NCBI GenBank assembly: GCA_965217585.1
Contig: OZ244561.1
Coordinates: forward strand, 3,552,001-3,616,000
Direction: 5' to 3'
Source: Candidatus Latescibacterota bacterium
GTDB lineage: Bacteria > Latescibacterota > UBA2968 > UBA8231
DNA length: 64,000 nt
Positions 10,417-20,800 of the stretch are shown here, piece after piece (the first letter of the stretch is position 1; every line of letters begins with the position of its first letter). The position numbers and the translations under genes were made by a program. The notes beneath the pieces were generated by a model. The model was not told the DNA's origin, made no database searches, and saw only the letters and a program-made list of their open reading frames with translations.

Positions 10417-11423
10417 TCCCGTTGTCGGGCGATGGCTTCGTAATCCGTCAGTGCATAGCCGATGCCCACGTAATCGAGCAGGTTGAGCAGCGCTCGCAGC
10501 GCCACTCCGAACCCATCGACGCCGCTGAAGCCGCCAAACTGCCCGCCGCCCTTTAGGTGCGGCTCCAGGTCGAGGAACACGCCGGGAACCCCCTTCTGCT
10601 TCAGCTCGTGCTCTAGGGCTGGGATGCGGGTGCGGAAGTCGCGCAATATGGCCTCGTGCCCGGAATCGCCACGGTCGGCGGGCACAAAGTTTTTGAGCCG
10701 CTCCTCGTCCACGGTGCCCTCCCATTGGAGAGTTGGGTCGATCTTGTAATCCTTGATGTGCATCCAGCCAATTCCCGCGCGCATCGCATGATACTCGGCT
10801 AGGGTTTCGACCGCGGTGAAGTTTTGGCTCGACAGATTGCCGCCGTCGAAAATCAGGCACAGGTTGGGGTGGTCCACCATCTTGTAGAGCTTTTGCAGGA
10901 GCCGTCCGTTCTGGCCGACGAGATTGGCCTCGACCTCTAAGCCGAAAATGGTCCCGCCTCGACTGCAGACCTCGGCGATTTGTGCTAGCCGTTCGGCAGC
11001 CGGCTCCACGTAATTGGCTGGATCCTCGCCCTGGGGATGGTAAAACGAGAACCCGCGGATCAGCCGCGTCTCGAACTCGCCGGCCAGATCCACGGCCCGC
11101 TGCACGTCCTGTTGCAAGTACTGGTCGAACGGGATGTAGGCATTGGTCGAGCCGTCTTCCACATCGAGCAGCTTGACCTTGCCAATCGGCGAGCCGATCG
11201 AGGCTACCGCAATCCCGAATTCGCCGTGCAATTGGCGCAGCCGTGCTATCTCGGGCTGCGTTAGCTGCATCGCGTTTTTGACGCCCTGCCCCATGTCCAC
11301 AAAGCGCAAGCTGTAGTGCGACATGCCCAGCGTCGCGAGCATGGTTAGCTGGGCTTCGGCCTTTTTGTCAGCCGGCCCCTCGTCGGCAAAGCCGCTGATG
11401 ATCACCTTGGGTGTTTCGCGCAT
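10413..11423 (-). CDS. Sugar phosphate isomerase/epimerase (TIM barrel)
   Basis: SGFADE, GSPIGK, IRGFSFY, FDGGN, HIKD, LEPHL. Confidence 0.85.
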   Translation of the reverse strand: MRETPKVIISGFADEGPADKKAEAQLTMLATLGMSHYSLRFVDMGQGVKNAMQLTQPEIARLRQLHGEFGIAVASIGSPIGKVKLLDVEDGSTNAYIPFDQYLQQDVQRAVDLAGEFETRLIRGFSFYHPQGEDPANYVEPAAERLAQIAEVCSRGGTIFGLEVEANLVGQNGRLLQKLYKMVDHPNLCLIFDGGNLSSQNFTAVETLAEYHAMRAGIGWMHIKDYKIDPTLQWEGTVDEERLKNFVPADRGDSGHEAILRDFRTRIPALEHELKQKGVPGVFLDLEPHLKGGGQFGGFSGVDGFGVALRALLNLLDYVGIGYALTDYEAIARQRD

Positions 11424-11540
11424 AATACTCTCCTAAGATTTTCCTAAGTATAGAGCTTGGACAAACCTTGACAAAACGCACCCTCGCTGCTGTCTTAGGG
11501 CGTCCTCCGAACCAATCGAATCGCACAGACGAAACTAAGA

Positions 11541-14096
11541 ATGAAACCTCTACATCGCCTCAATATTATCCCATCTCTGCCCGAGCAGTTGACGCCGCTG
11601 TGGGAGCTGGGGCACAACCTCTGGTGGACTTGGAGCAAGGAGACCATCCGCACCCTCTACCAGATTGACCCGGAAACGTGGACCGAGAGTCAGCGCAATC
11701 CCCTGCGCTTTTGGGCTTCCCTGCGGCCGGAGCAGCTCGACGCCCTAATCGCCGACGAGCAACTGCGAGATCGCATCGAGCGCGTCGTCGAGCAATTCGA
11801 GGGCTATTTGTCTCATCCGACGTGGTTTGGCCAGACACACGGCGAGAGCCAGTTGCAGGTTGCGTACTTCTCGGCGGAATTCGGCTTGACCGAGAGCCTA
11901 CGCATTTATTCTGGCGGCTTGGGCGTGCTCGCCGGCGACCATCTTAAGGCCGCTAGCGATCTAGGCATTCCCCTCGTCGGGGTCGGCTTGCTCTACCGAG
12001 AGGGCTATTTCCACCAAGCCCTCAACGCCGACGGCTGGCAGATAGAGCAAAACCCGGAAAACGACTTCTATCAAATGCCCGTGCAGCCGGTCCATGGCCG
12101 AGGCGGAGAGCACTTGACCATTGATATCCCCTTCGCTCATGGCTTGGTGCAGGCGCGGATCTGGCAGGTGCAGGTGGGCCGGGTGCGGCTCTATTTGCTC
12201 GATACCGACCTCGACGAAAACGCCCCTGCGGACCGCGATATTACCGCTCGTCTCTATGGCGGCGACACGGCCATGCGCATCCGGCAGGAGATTCTCCTCG
12301 GCATCGGCGGCCTGCGCGCCCTCCAGGCCGTGGGCGTCGAACCTACCGTCTGCCACATGAACGAGGGGCACTCGGCCTTTTTGGCCCTAGAGCGGATTCG
12401 CCGGCTCATGGCCGAGCACGGCTATTCGTTTGCCACGGCCCGCGAGGCTAGCATCGTCGGCAATGTGTTCACCACGCACACCCCGGTCGCGGCGGGCAAC
12501 GACTGGTTCCCCGCGCACTTGGTCGAGGCGCACTTGGGCTATTTCCGCGAGTGGCTCGGCCTGTCGCACGAGGAATTTATCGGCTTGGGCCGGGTTAATC
12601 CCCGCGATCCCCACGCCGACTTCTGCATGACGGTCTTGGCGCTTAGGCTATCGGGCCGGGCCAATGGCGTCAGTCGCCTGCACGGCGCGGTTAGCCGCCG
12701 CATGTGGCAGGGCCTGTGGCCCGACTTCTCAGAGCACGAAATCCCCATCGGCCACGTCACCAACGGCGTCCATCTCCACACGTGGATCTCGCTGGAAATG
12801 GCCGAGCTGTTCGACCGCCATCTCGGCGACGCCTGGCGCTTTGTCTCGGCCGACGAGAGCGATTGGGCCCCGGTCTATCAGATCCCCGACCGCGAGCTGT
12901 GGGACACGCACCAGCACCGGCGCAAGCGGCTGATTGACGTAACCCGCCATCACCTGCGCCAGCAGATGCAGGGCCAGGGCGCGCCAGCAGCCAAAATTGA
13001 ACAGGCTCTAGCGCGGTTAGACCCCGAGGTGCTGACTATTGGTTTTGCCCGCCGCTTTGCCACCTACAAGCGCGGCAACCTGATTTTTCGCAATATCGAG
13101 CGGCTCAAGGCCCTGTTTTCCGACGCGCAGCGGCCCTTGCAGATTCTCTTCGCCGGCAAGGCCCACCCCCGCGACGACGCCGGCAAGGAGCTGATTCGCC
13201 AGATCGTCCACCTCGCGCGGCAAGCGCCCTTTAATGGCCGGATTTTCTTTTTGCAAGACTACGACATGAACCTCGCCCGCTACTTGGTGCAAGGGTGCGA
13301 TGTCTGGCTCAACAACCCCCGCCGCCCCTTGGAGGCTTCGGGCACGTCTGGCATGAAGGCTGCGGTCAACGGCGTGCTCAACGTCAGCGTATTCGATGGC
13401 TGGTGGGACGAAGCCTGCGACAAGCACGCTGGTTGGACTATTGGCCGCGGCGAGGACTACGACGACGAACGCTACCAAGACGAGGTCGAGTCCAACTCGC
13501 TCTATGACCTGCTAGAGACTGAGGTTCTCCCACTCTTCTACCAGCGCGATGCGGACGGATTGCCCGGCGGTTGGATCGGTCGCATGAAGGAGACCATCGT
13601 CCAGCTTGCGCCGCAGTACAACACGCACCGCATGGTGCGCGAGTACACCGAGCGATTCTACTTGCCCGGGCAAGCCCGCTTTGCGGAATTGGCGGCCGAT
13701 CGCGAGCGGGTGCAGCAGTTGACGCATTGGAAGTCGCACGTGCGCTCCAAGTGGGCGCAGGTCCAGATTGGCGAGGTGGATGCCGAATTTCCGCGGCTGC
13801 TCAAGGTGGGGATGAAGGTGCCGTTGCGCGCCGCGGTGGCCTTGGGCGAGCTAACGCCAGAGGATGTCCGCGTCGAGATCTACGCCGGCCGCCTCAACGC
13901 CCAGCGCGAGTTCGCGCAGACCGAGGTGTACCCGCTGGAATTGGCCGGTCCCAACGGCGACGGTACCTACCACTTCGTCGGCACCTTCACGTGCGCAGCG
14001 GCCGGCTCGTACGGCTACACCCTGCGCGTGGTGCCCTCGCACCCCGACTTGCGAAATCCCTTGGAGATGGGGTTGGTTCACTGGGCGAGGGGGTAG
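11541..14096 (+). CDS. glgP: Alpha-glucan phosphorylase
   Basis: YSGGLGVLAGD, HMNEGH, GFARRFATYKR, EASGTSGMK (PLP lysine). Confidence 0.95.
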   Translation: MKPLHRLNIIPSLPEQLTPLWELGHNLWWTWSKETIRTLYQIDPETWTESQRNPLRFWASLRPEQLDALIADEQLRDRIERVVEQFEGYLSHPTWFGQTHGESQLQVAYFSAEFGLTESLRIYSGGLGVLAGDHLKAASDLGIPLVGVGLLYREGYFHQALNADGWQIEQNPENDFYQMPVQPVHGRGGEHLTIDIPFAHGLVQARIWQVQVGRVRLYLLDTDLDENAPADRDITARLYGGDTAMRIRQEILLGIGGLRALQAVGVEPTVCHMNEGHSAFLALERIRRLMAEHGYSFATAREASIVGNVFTTHTPVAAGNDWFPAHLVEAHLGYFREWLGLSHEEFIGLGRVNPRDPHADFCMTVLALRLSGRANGVSRLHGAVSRRMWQGLWPDFSEHEIPIGHVTNGVHLHTWISLEMAELFDRHLGDAWRFVSADESDWAPVYQIPDRELWDTHQHRRKRLIDVTRHHLRQQMQGQGAPAAKIEQALARLDPEVLTIGFARRFATYKRGNLIFRNIERLKALFSDAQRPLQILFAGKAHPRDDAGKELIRQIVHLARQAPFNGRIFFLQDYDMNLARYLVQGCDVWLNNPRRPLEASGTSGMKAAVNGVLNVSVFDGWWDEACDKHAGWTIGRGEDYDDERYQDEVESNSLYDLLETEVLPLFYQRDADGLPGGWIGRMKETIVQLAPQYNTHRMVREYTERFYLPGQARFAELAADRERVQQLTHWKSHVRSKWAQVQIGEVDAEFPRLLKVGMKVPLRAAVALGELTPEDVRVEIYAGRLNAQREFAQTEVYPLELAGPNGDGTYHFVGTFTCAAAGSYGYTLRVVPSHPDLRNPLEMGLVHWARG

Positions 14097-14151
14097 GGGA
14101 TGCTCAGGGATGTGAGCTAGAAAAAATAAAAGAAATAGCTTCTCCGAGGTC

Positions 14152-16419
14152 TTATTCGATCTCTGAGGTATATATCGGCTCGGGAATGCCTTCAAGCGAA
14201 CAGAAATTGCTCACTTGGTCAGCTAAGACCTTACCAGCAGGCGCATTGCCGTTGGGATAAATCCTAAAGCTATGTATATCCGCTTGGCTTGCGTCTACTT
14301 CATATCCTAGATCGGCTAATGCTTGAATAGTTATTGCGGTTAAGGCGGCACTGCCTCCAGAGGCGTTGGTGGACATTAGTTCATTGTACATGACTGCACC
14401 GCGCCAATGATGAGGTGTAGGTCCTTGTTCGACGGGAACCTTTTTGCCTCTATAGCTTTGTCCCCCCAAATCATTAAAGGCTTGAATCGCTCTTGAGCCG
14501 ATAAAGTGCGTATCGGATACGTAATCGGTTTCTGAGCCAGGATTTTTTAGTAATCCTAGCTCATCCCATATCGTTCCGATTCCAAGAACATGGCCTATTT
14601 CATGTACGAGCACTAATTCATGCAACCATCCACTTTTGGCTATTTCTACGCATCCAATAGCGGGCAGTTGACTGTCTCGTACTAAATGTGGATAGCCTTT
14701 CCCAAGAGGGCCGTCCTCTTCATGTTCAAAGACCGTTACATAAATACGCAGGTCGTCAATTTTATCACCGGCTGCAATATGGATGGGTTGGTTCCCACAC
14801 GCCGATTGGAAATCATGCTTGAGTGTGTAGTCAGGTATATCCTGTTGAATGATTTGTTCCCAACGCGTTCTTACAGGATCCCAATAGAAAGGAATACCAC
14901 CTGGAAGATCATCGAAAAATTCATTCGCTTCGCCAAGAAAGACGAACTCAATATTAAAGGTCCCCGCAGGAAAATCCCAGTGAACAACTGTTCCACGAGC
15001 CTGTAAGGCGGGTATTGTCTTTTTAATAGAATTCTCTGAGAGGGACGAGCCTCGCAAGTCCACGTATTCTAACATCAGATTTTCTAAGGGAGTAATGTCT
15101 TCTAAGCTTTCAGCAGTTACCTCGGGAAAGGAAAAGTCAAGTGTCTTAAGGTTGGTCAGGTGTTGCATAACGGAAATATCCGTTAGTTTGGGAACTCTTA
15201 TAACTAGGACGCTAAGACTCGTCAAGCCTTGCAATCCTGAAATAGCGGTAAGCAAAGGCCCATCTATATGTAATTGGTTGAGATGCTTTAAGTTGTTCAA
15301 AGATGGCAAACTAGCCGCATGGGTTCTCAACGATAGCCACTCTAGGTTAGTTAATTGAGAAAGAGCATCCGCATTTTGAATTGGGTGGCCACGTACACTC
15401 AGAGATTTAAGTTTCGTCAACGACGCAAGAGGTGCGATCCCGGTTAGTTTACCTATAATCTCCTCTTCAAATGAACCATCTGCATAATGATGTAAAAGTT
15501 CACCGCCACTAATGTATAACTCTGTTAGATTCGTGGCCGCTTCCATCCCTGTTAGAGAGACGATCTCTTTATTTTCGATAGTCAACCGTTCCAAAGAAGC
15601 CATATCGCCCCAAGTAATCGTTGCCCCCGATTGTTTGTTGAGGGCTTCTTCGAGAATTGTTCTAAGCGCCTGATCGGGGACTGAAACAGGGCTGTTTTGA
15701 TCGACTACTACAGAGAATGTATTCTGATTATCAGCCTCCGTCTGGGTCGTAAATTGATGTCCCTCTATCCACTCGGATGCCCCCTGACTGTTTTCGGCTC
15801 GCACGGCCCAGCGATACGTCGTGTTCGGCTCCAATTCACTGATGGTATTATATAGTCCCGTCCCTCTATGCGGTTCGAGTTGCCAACGACCGTTGGGCAC
15901 CTTCTTGTAGTTTAGATCGTAGTCGGTCGCTCCTTCAGAGGCGTCCCACCGAACCGTACACTCCGAACTGGTTGGCGTGTCGAATCGCAGATTGGTTGGC
16001 GGGGCCGGATTTGCCAAAGTAGCTACCGAGGTGTCATCCTCCGTCTGGGTCGTAAATTGAGGTCCTTCTACCCACGCGGATGCTCCCTGACTATTTTCGG
16101 CTCGCACAGCCCAACGATACGTCGTATTCGGCTCCAATTCATTGATGGTATTGTATAGTCTCGTCCCTTTATGCGGTTCGAGTTGCCAACGACCGTTGGG
16201 CACCTTCTTGTAGTTTAGATCGTAGTCAGTCGCTCCTTCAGAGACATCCCAGCGCACGCGACAGGAGGTACTAGTGGGATCGTCGAATCGCAGGTTGGTA
16301 GGCGGAGCCGGGTTTGCCAAAGCAGCTACTGTTTTGCCAGCTGGTGAAAGCGGCGCGGGTTTATCCTTCGAGCAGGAAAGGGCTAAAAACGATAGGGCGA
16401 GCAAGATAATGCGTAGCAT
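14152..16419 (-). CDS. Lipoprotein with two FN3 domains, leucine-rich repeats and a leishmanolysin (M8)-like zinc metallopeptidase domain
   Basis: Lipobox LALSC after RBS AGGAG; two FN3 units (LEPNTTYRWAVRAEN); LTNLxxL repeats; HEIGHVLGIG, HHW, NELMS, ALADLGY; visibly lower GC than flanks. Confidence 0.8.
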   Translation of the reverse strand: MLRIILLALSFLALSCSKDKPAPLSPAGKTVAALANPAPPTNLRFDDPTSTSCRVRWDVSEGATDYDLNYKKVPNGRWQLEPHKGTRLYNTINELEPNTTYRWAVRAENSQGASAWVEGPQFTTQTEDDTSVATLANPAPPTNLRFDTPTSSECTVRWDASEGATDYDLNYKKVPNGRWQLEPHRGTGLYNTISELEPNTTYRWAVRAENSQGASEWIEGHQFTTQTEADNQNTFSVVVDQNSPVSVPDQALRTILEEALNKQSGATITWGDMASLERLTIENKEIVSLTGMEAATNLTELYISGGELLHHYADGSFEEEIIGKLTGIAPLASLTKLKSLSVRGHPIQNADALSQLTNLEWLSLRTHAASLPSLNNLKHLNQLHIDGPLLTAISGLQGLTSLSVLVIRVPKLTDISVMQHLTNLKTLDFSFPEVTAESLEDITPLENLMLEYVDLRGSSLSENSIKKTIPALQARGTVVHWDFPAGTFNIEFVFLGEANEFFDDLPGGIPFYWDPVRTRWEQIIQQDIPDYTLKHDFQSACGNQPIHIAAGDKIDDLRIYVTVFEHEEDGPLGKGYPHLVRDSQLPAIGCVEIAKSGWLHELVLVHEIGHVLGIGTIWDELGLLKNPGSETDYVSDTHFIGSRAIQAFNDLGGQSYRGKKVPVEQGPTPHHWRGAVMYNELMSTNASGGSAALTAITIQALADLGYEVDASQADIHSFRIYPNGNAPAGKVLADQVSNFCSLEGIPEPIYTSEIE
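15735..16322. repeat. Intragenic tandem duplication with 303-bp period encoding two FN3 domains
   Basis: cctccgtctgggtcgtaaattga begins at both 15735 and 16038; near-identical translations. Confidence 0.9.
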
Positions 16420-16607
16420 GGGTAGCTCCTTCGTCAATTTTCGGAAAGTGGGTCTTGAATGTAATTGCTCAAGATCAGAATTACAATCGTTTTCAAGGCC
16501 TGAGTTTAACCTTAACTATTGGTATTGAATATCGGCGTAAGCTATCCGGCGTTTTCAATTGGCTGGTGGAGCTTGACTGAGCGTATCGTTTGCCGTTACG
16601 TTGACAC

Positions 16608-16889
16608 ATGATCAAGAGCTTTGCGGACAAGCGCACTGCGGCGATCTTTTCAGGTCATGCCGTTCGCGGCATGCCCATGCAACTCCAGCGACGAGCGCGG
16701 GTGAAGCTACTGGCGATTGACGCGGCTGGTCGGCTTGGCGATCTGCACACGCCGCCCGGCAATCGCCTTGAAACTTTGCGGGCAGATCGTCGCGGTCAAT
16801 ACAGTATTCGCGTCAATGACCGATGGCGTATCTGCTTCGTTTGGCGCGATGGGGAAGCGTGGGAGGTCGAGATTGTTGACTACCATTGA
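16608..16889 (+). CDS. higB: HigB-type (RelE/ParE family) toxin
   Basis: MIKSFADK, PPGNRLE, GQYSIRVNDRWRICF, VEIVDYH. Confidence 0.9.
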   Translation: MIKSFADKRTAAIFSGHAVRGMPMQLQRRARVKLLAIDAAGRLGDLHTPPGNRLETLRADRRGQYSIRVNDRWRICFVWRDGEAWEVEIVDYH

Positions 16890-16897
16890 GGAGGCAA

Positions 16898-17278
16898 ATG
16901 AATATGACTATCAAGCGGGAAGAACTGGACAGGCGGGAGGTCGATTTCTCGGATGTGGCTTCTGGACGACGGCTGCCGCCGGTGCATCCCGGCGAGATTC
17001 TGCGCGACGAATTCCTGACGCCCATGGAGATCAGCGTGTACCGACTTGCCCAAGCGATCAAGGTTTCGCGTCCGCGACTGAACGATATTGTGCGCGGACG
17101 CCGCGGTATCACGACCGATACTGCGCTGCGCCTTGGGCGCTACTTCGGCATGACGCCTGAGTTCTGGATCAATCTTCAGACGCGCTACGATCTCGATGTC
17201 GCCGAGCGCACGACGCGTCGCCAGATCGAGCGAGAGGTAGAGCCGCATGCTGCTCTGGACGAGACGGCCCTAGATTGA
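16898..17278 (+). CDS. higA: HigA antitoxin (XRE HTH)
   Basis: [23 protein letters not shown]; follows higB. Confidence 0.9.
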   Translation: MNMTIKREELDRREVDFSDVASGRRLPPVHPGEILRDEFLTPMEISVYRLAQAIKVSRPRLNDIVRGRRGITTDTALRLGRYFGMTPEFWINLQTRYDLDVAERTTRRQIEREVEPHAALDETALD

Positions 17279-17311
17279 TGGGCGATATTCATGCCCGGCC
17301 AATCCCACCTG

Positions 17312-17394
17312 CCGCTTGGCCGCCCACACGGTGTTGTAGAGCAACAGCGCGATCGTCATCGGCCTGACTCCATTGGGCATGGGCGTGATCGCGC
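17312..17394 (-). repeat. Displaced copy of the folD 3' end (direct repeat of 21133-21215)
   Basis: 83 bp with 5 transition mismatches; translates [27 protein letters not shown]. Confidence 0.9.
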
Positions 17395-17471
17395 TCTAAT
17401 TTCCCGAGATCAACAGTAGTCTGCCCCAACCGCAAGTTCCGCGCCTAACTTTGGCGGTTTAGGGTGAGATT

Positions 17472-17837
17472 TCAAACTGAGTCACTATCCTCTAAAGGTT
17501 GTTGGCTCGTCGTCAGTGAATCGGCGAGGGTGGTTACGATGGATTTCTCATCCCGTTTCGACAGCTTCCCGACTTTGCGTACCACCGATTTATTATCGAG
17601 CGTGAAGAGCTTGAGGCGGATTTTGTAAGGCACATTGAGACCGGCTTCCTGCCAATCCTCAATGACTACATCGCTTGGCCATTTGTTTTTCGTGCTCGTA
17701 ATCATGGCGAAGATCGTTTGCTTGTGAACCTTATTGAAGCTCACTGAAGAGACGACTAGCGCTGGGCGGCGTTTCTTTTCATTGAGGTCTGCGAAGGGGA
17801 AGGGAACGACGACGACATCGAACGGATCAAAGGTCAC
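17472..17837 (-). CDS. PemK/MazF family toxin
   Basis: GTG start after GAGGAGG; FDVVVVPFPFAD, KRRPALVVS, MITS, AGL. Confidence 0.9.
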   Translation of the reverse strand: MTFDPFDVVVVPFPFADLNEKKRRPALVVSSVSFNKVHKQTIFAMITSTKNKWPSDVVIEDWQEAGLNVPYKIRLKLFTLDNKSVVRKVGKLSKRDEKSIVTTLADSLTTSQQPLEDSDSV

Positions 17838-20800
17838 GCCAAGCCTCCTCATCTTCTGGAGAAGTCCATTCTTCGCTCATCGTCTGATAAAGACCACGCA
17901 GGTAATCGTCCTGAACTAGTGGCCAGCCGCCGTAGGCGTCTATTGTTTTGTCAATGCTGGCCATGATGCGCGGCGTCTCGGCCAAGGCCGCGCAGAGACG
18001 GCGGTAGTGGGCAATGTCGTCGTATGAGAGGGTGCGGTTTTTGCGGTCCTTGAGCCACTTCTCTGCCGACTGGTAGCCACCAATGGTGAATTCCCATGTA
18101 TCTGGTGCAACGCCGTCAAAATACTGCTCGCTGTTGATCCACACCCGCTTCTGTGACGGCGCATAACGCACCTTTTCTACGCGATTGTCGCCAGCGACCG
18201 GAAAGGCGGGGGTCTCGCCGTCATTGGCTTCCATTAAGTGCAAGGCCGTAAGCCGCTTCCCAAACGCGGCGAGCGACTCAAACAGCGCACCGCAGTTGGT
18301 CACGGGAACGCGGGGAAAATCTGACTTGAGGAAGTCAGCGTAGCGGCGGCGGTATTCTGGGCTGTGGAGCACTGCGTAGAGGTAGTGGAGTACATCTTCC
18401 GGGCCGAAGGTAGTTTTGAGGTCGCCGGTGCCTTCGGGGATGAAGTCGAGAGTGGTGGCGGAGGAGAAGGCTTTGACGAAATCGGAGTTCAGGTTGGGGA
18501 CGCGCCTCTCACCGACACGCGCAGATTTTTTTGTTGAATAGATATAGAGCGGGAAGAGACAGTTCCCACCACGTCGAAACAAATTTAAATCCGAGGAAAA
18601 TTTTGAAGCAAAAACGATCTCCCAAGTGTCGGAACCAATAACTTGACCAGCACGGCCGACGCACAACCCCAAGTTCGGGCCTGCCAACATGTGGCGCATG
18701 ACGCGCTCGCGTCTGTGGACAGCGACGTTGCGGTCGAATACTGTGGCCCGGACATCGAACGGTCGGTAGAGGACTGGTTTGATTTGCCCGCGCCAAGAGC
18801 CGCCCGCTAGTTCCTGTTTCGCCCGGTCGTACTGCCATTGATTCTGTGAACACAGACGCCATTGGGCACGTGCCTCATCTTCCGATGAGGTGGCGAGTAA
18901 ACGCTCGACTTTGGTCGCCGCTTCTTCAGGTGTCCATGAGATGGCGAATTGATCGTGCGTAGTTACGATGCCCGGTGCTGGATCGCCATTCGGCGAAAAA
19001 ATCGAGGGGATAGACCACGCCGCCTCGTACTCTTCGATCAATTCTTCGTCGCGCGGAATAAACAGATACAGCGGTGGCTTAGGTGAAAGCTCCGTCCAAT
19101 CAGTAGTTTCAGCGCTGTTGGCGGCGAGCCAGCCATATTTCCCGCCATCTGGACCCGCCTCGCGCTCGCCCCACAAGTCGGCGTGAAACACCTTGGCTGG
19201 GCCGTTGTCGGCATCTTTGCATTTGACGAACAGACCAATGGCGACCCCCTGCTGAATGTCGAACACATTTTCGTCGTTACCGCCATCAGGGGTTTGCTCC
19301 TTCTTCTTGGCGTTGCCGTGCAGATCGAGCAAATAGATCTCGTCAAAGGTTTCCATCAAGCTGCGGCGCATCCCACGAAAGGTCGGGTTGTCCAAGTAGC
19401 TGTGGTTGGTCACGAAGCCGAGCACACCCTCGCCGGTGCGCTCAATGCGCCATTGGGTAAAGCGAATGAATTTCACGTAATCGTCGCTGAGCCACTTAGC
19501 TTGCGCCGGTCTTTCTAATTCGGGGAAACCCTGCTTGTAGCTACCGATCAACTCCGCAATCCACGCGCTCTTGTTGGCGGAGTGTCCGGAATAGGGCGGG
19601 TTGCCCATCACGACCATTACCGGCTTTTCTTGCTTGGCCTCATAAGCACTGGTCGCTTCACGCACAATTTCGGGAGCAAAGAGCGGGAAGCTATGCCCTT
19701 CGTCCGGCCCTTCTAAGGCATTGGTGAGGAAGACATTAAGCCGCTCGCCGGTGGGCATGGCAAAGCCGCGGTCCGTACCGCCAATTTCGAGCGCGAGTTT
19801 TAGATGACAGATCGAATAAGGGGCCATCAGCAGTTCAAACCCGAACAGGCGCGGCAAAAGGTGCTTCTGCACGTAGCCGGGCCAAGCACCGCCTAACCCC
19901 TTCGCCTCAATGGTCTCGCGGATGGTGGCGACTACTTCGCGCAGGAAGGTTCCCGTCCCCGCCGCCGGATCGAGAATCATCACCCGCGGACGGGGAGATC
20001 CGCCGTTTTCGGACGCGACCGTTGCCGTGTCGGCTAGCCCATCGGCTAAGCCAAACCGATCACGCAATAAGTGATCCACGCTCCGCACGATGTAAGACAC
20101 CACGGGTTCGGGCGTATAGTACACGCCGCGCATCTCACGCAGGTGCGGATCATAAGCCGCCAAGAAATCCTCGTAGAAATGCACCACTGGGTCTTCTTGC
20201 CGGGTCTTCTTGCCGAACTCGGACAGGATAGACGCCATGTCCGCCCGGTCTAGCAAGTACGCCAGATCATCGACAATCCAAGCGATCCGCTCGTCCATTC
20301 CCGGGCCGGCAATCCGCCCGAAGACATCTCGCAAAAAGGGCGTGGTCTCGGCAAACGCGGCTGACTGGCGGGTAAAAGGTCCATTGGCGGGTTCGTGCCG
20401 GCACCGTGCCGCAAACAGCCCATAAGCGGCCGTCTGCGCCTGCAGATCGGCGAAGTCTGCTTCCGACAAGCCGGCGATGAGTACCTCTCGGTAGCCGGTG
20501 AGCATGCTGTGGAGGGGGCCGGCCTGAGCTTCTTGAGCAAAGATGCGCTCAATGCTGTCACGGAGTAGCCGCGCCTTGGCCGCCATGCGCTCGGCCAGTT
20601 CACGCGGCCGGCCGATGGACTGCGGGTCGGCGTCAAAGAACGCGGTGAACAATTCGGCGACTTGGCGGGTACCAGCTTGGTCAATAGCGATCCGATCTCG
20701 GCTGTCGATGTGTGCAAGCCGCGCCTTCAGGCGCAAGTCCCCTTCTACATACCAGCGAAACTCTAAATAATCGGTCAGAATCAGATTCGGCAGGCTCTCG

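Noticed and set aside
17423-17465. Bulged hairpin after the PemK gene containing GTTAGGC, resembling an integron attC site
   Set aside because: Only about 43 bp, the core motif lies next to the loop rather than at the ends, and there is no second copy or integrase; more likely a terminator
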